Shown piece by piece: positions 35,752 through 37,246 of a stretch of 37,246 bases of DNA. The translations under genes and the position numbers were made by a program. The DNA is from Patescibacteria group bacterium (GTDB lineage: Bacteria > Patescibacteriota > Microgenomatia > UBA10105 > UBA927). The notes under the pieces were generated by a model. The model saw only the letters and a list, made by a program, of their open reading frames with translations, was not told where the DNA came from and made no database searches. Position 1 is the first letter of the stretch; the number at the start of each line of letters is the position of its first letter. The stretch lies in NCBI GenBank assembly GCA_038062795.1, contig JBBTWM010000013.1:1-37246 (forward strand). The letters are read 5' to 3'.

Positions 35752-36482
35752 AAGATACAGTCGGAGCCGTCGTCCTTTTTTTCATTCTTCTTTTTGCATT
35801 CACCAAACTCGCGGGTCCCATACCGTTTTCCTTAAACAGTGTCACGACGACGAAAGCGGATACCTTTTCCGTCTCCGGAGAAGGCAAGGTGACGATGCTG
35901 CCGGACATTGCCGTCATTTCTGTCGGTGTCACGGCACAAGCCAATACCGTCACCAAAGTGCAGCAGGACTTGAACACGAAAATTAACGCCATGAGTGCAG
36001 CGATTAAAAAACTCGGCATCGATGAAAAGGACATCAAGACCACCTATTACAACATCTCGCCGACGTATGATTATTCGTCTTCCTCACAACGGATTACCGG
36101 ATATCAGGCAAATTCCAATCTCACCATAAAAGTGAGAAAAATTGATACCGTAAACGGCGTCATCGACGCAGCAACAGCCGCCGGAGCCAATGAAGTCAGC
36201 GGTGTGCATTTCGACGTTGATGACAAAACGAAAGCGGAAAATCAGGCCCGGGAGGCTGCGGTTGCTGATGCCAAATCCAAAGCCGAAGCAGCAGCAAAAG
36301 CCGCGGGATTCAAACTCGGCAGAGTGATAAACTACAGTGAAGGCGGTGGATCAAGCCCTCGTCCGATGATGTTTGATGAGGCAAAATCGCTGCCGATTGC
36401 AGGAGGAGGAGAGCCGACACAGGTGGAGCCAGGCTCATCCGAACTCAGCGTCAGCGTCACCTTAAGTTACGAAATTCAATAA
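35748..36482 (+). CDS. SIMPL/DUF541-family exported protein (paralog 2)
   Basis: Signal/TM helix (GAVVLFFILLFAFTKLAG), FSVSGEGKVTMLPDIAVISVGV, ITGYQANSNLTIKV, and C-terminal EPGSSELSVSVTLSYEIQ. AGGAGG SD at 35736-35741. ATG overlaps the folD stop (ATGA). Confidence 0.85.
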   Translation: MKDTVGAVVLFFILLFAFTKLAGPIPFSLNSVTTTKADTFSVSGEGKVTMLPDIAVISVGVTAQANTVTKVQQDLNTKINAMSAAIKKLGIDEKDIKTTYYNISPTYDYSSSSQRITGYQANSNLTIKVRKIDTVNGVIDAATAAGANEVSGVHFDVDDKTKAENQAREAAVADAKSKAEAAAKAAGFKLGRVINYSEGGGSSPRPMMFDEAKSLPIAGGGEPTQVEPGSSELSVSVTLSYEIQ

Positions 36483-36525
36483 TAATCGTAGCTAAATAGC
36501 TTCAAAAGACGTGCTACTATAGGTC

Positions 36526-36554
36526 TTGCTCGCCATTCCCGAACGGCGTAAAAT
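36526..36554 (+). promoter_or_regulatory. Candidate promoter TTGCTC-17 nt-TAAAAT upstream of the C39-like peptidase gene
   Basis: TTGCTC at 36526-36531, 17-nt spacer, TAAAAT at 36549-36554, 42 nt before ATG 36597. Confidence 0.4.
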
Positions 36555-36596
36555 AGTTGTTCCAGCGCCTCTTATTCACATTTTGTATCATTTCGT

Positions 36597-37190
36597 ATGG
36601 GGAGAACACACGTCAAACCAATCTTGCAGCCGGACGACACCACCTGCGGTCCGGCGTCCCTTAAACATGCATTAAGTATCTTGGGCATGCGCGCTTCTAT
36701 GGAGCGGCTTATCAATCTTTGTAAAACCGGACGAAACGGCACATCGACAAAACACATGATCGAGGCCGCCAATAAACTCGGGCTCTCGGTTCTCATTGTG
36801 GAATATGCAACGCTTCATCACTTGCAAAGCGCCTTAAAGTACCGGCCGAAAGAACCGCGTGCCGTGATTGTTTCGTATTTGTATGATCTGGACGATAAAT
36901 ACGAACCACAGCCGGAGAGCGGACACTGGGCGGTGGTGGCATCGTATCTTTCCAGCAAATCGAGAATCGTCATTCTCGATAGTTCTACCGGCAAACGAAA
37001 ATCCTATGCATGGAGCGATTTTAGGGATCGCTGGTGGGACTATGACTTCAAACGGAAAAAACTCAAGAAACGGGGTAAAAAATTCCGCCTTATCCGCAAA
37101 TGGCAACCGCAACTTATGCTCGTGGTCGCACGCGATCCCGAAAGTTTACCGTATTTCCGAACGGACACGGCCCGTGTATTTATACCCTAA
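36597..37190 (+). CDS. Stand-alone C39-like papain-fold cysteine peptidase with Lys/Arg-rich C-terminal segment
   Basis: QPDDTTCGPASLKHAL (Gln...Cys-Gly catalytic motif), SGHWAVVASY (catalytic His) and VILDSSTG (Asp), followed by KRKKLKKRGKKFRLIRKW. Confidence 0.65.
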   Translation: MGRTHVKPILQPDDTTCGPASLKHALSILGMRASMERLINLCKTGRNGTSTKHMIEAANKLGLSVLIVEYATLHHLQSALKYRPKEPRAVIVSYLYDLDDKYEPQPESGHWAVVASYLSSKSRIVILDSSTGKRKSYAWSDFRDRWWDYDFKRKKLKKRGKKFRLIRKWQPQLMLVVARDPESLPYFRTDTARVFIP

Positions 37191-37195
37191 CCTCT

Positions 37196-37221
37196 GGGAC
37201 AAAACCTTACGGTTTTTTCCC
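37196..37221 (+). terminator. Possible terminator-like hairpin after the C39-like gene
   Basis: GGGACAAAACC-TTAC-GGTTTTTTCCC: 10 pairs with one C.T mismatch, starting 6 nt after the stop. The stem is A/U-rich, with the T-run inside it, so this is weak. Confidence 0.3.
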
Positions 37222-37246
37222 AACGATTTTCCCTCATAGGTGTCGC

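Overview
This is a gene-dense, almost fully coding 37.2-kb segment of a small bacterial genome. The gene content and style look most like a monoderm Patescibacteria/CPR-type organism, but that assignment is inference only. The supporting traits are secretin-less type IV pilus machinery with GspG-like pilins, large GT-C-type membrane glycosyltransferases, a minimal holB-like gene, many 4-nt ATGA start/stop overlaps and very short spacers. Layout, in order: the pheT 3' end, then PBP1A (-). Next comes a 10-kb co-directional (+) block. It opens with an aromatic amino-acid operon (DAHP synthase, prephenate dehydratase, chorismate mutase, prephenate dehydrogenase, HisC-type aminotransferase, tyrS) and continues with recG, rpmF, nusB, rnc, rpsP, a KH protein and trmD. 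A 15-kb (-) type IV pilus supercluster follows (pilB-pilT-pilC-pilin ... pilD, four pilin-like genes, pilX-like, pilM-pilN-pilO-like), interrupted by two large glycosyltransferase genes (DUF2723-like and YfhO-like). The window ends with holB-like, gyrB-ppa-gyrA, two SIMPL/DUF541 paralogs flanking folD, and a stand-alone C39-like cysteine peptidase. I saw no rRNA, tRNA, CRISPR, transposase or integrase. The most interesting signal is non-coding. The ~320-nt gap upstream of the aromatic operon holds two tandem short ORFs rich in Tyr/Phe codons. Each is followed by an intrinsic terminator whose 5' arm is complementary to the 3' part of the preceding leader ORF, which is the architecture of a tandem ribosome-mediated Phe/Tyr attenuator. 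The second lead is the pair of GT-C enzymes embedded in the pilus cluster next to a Ser/Thr-rich pilin, which suggests a pilin or surface glycosylation module. All family assignments come from motif recognition by eye; no searches were run.
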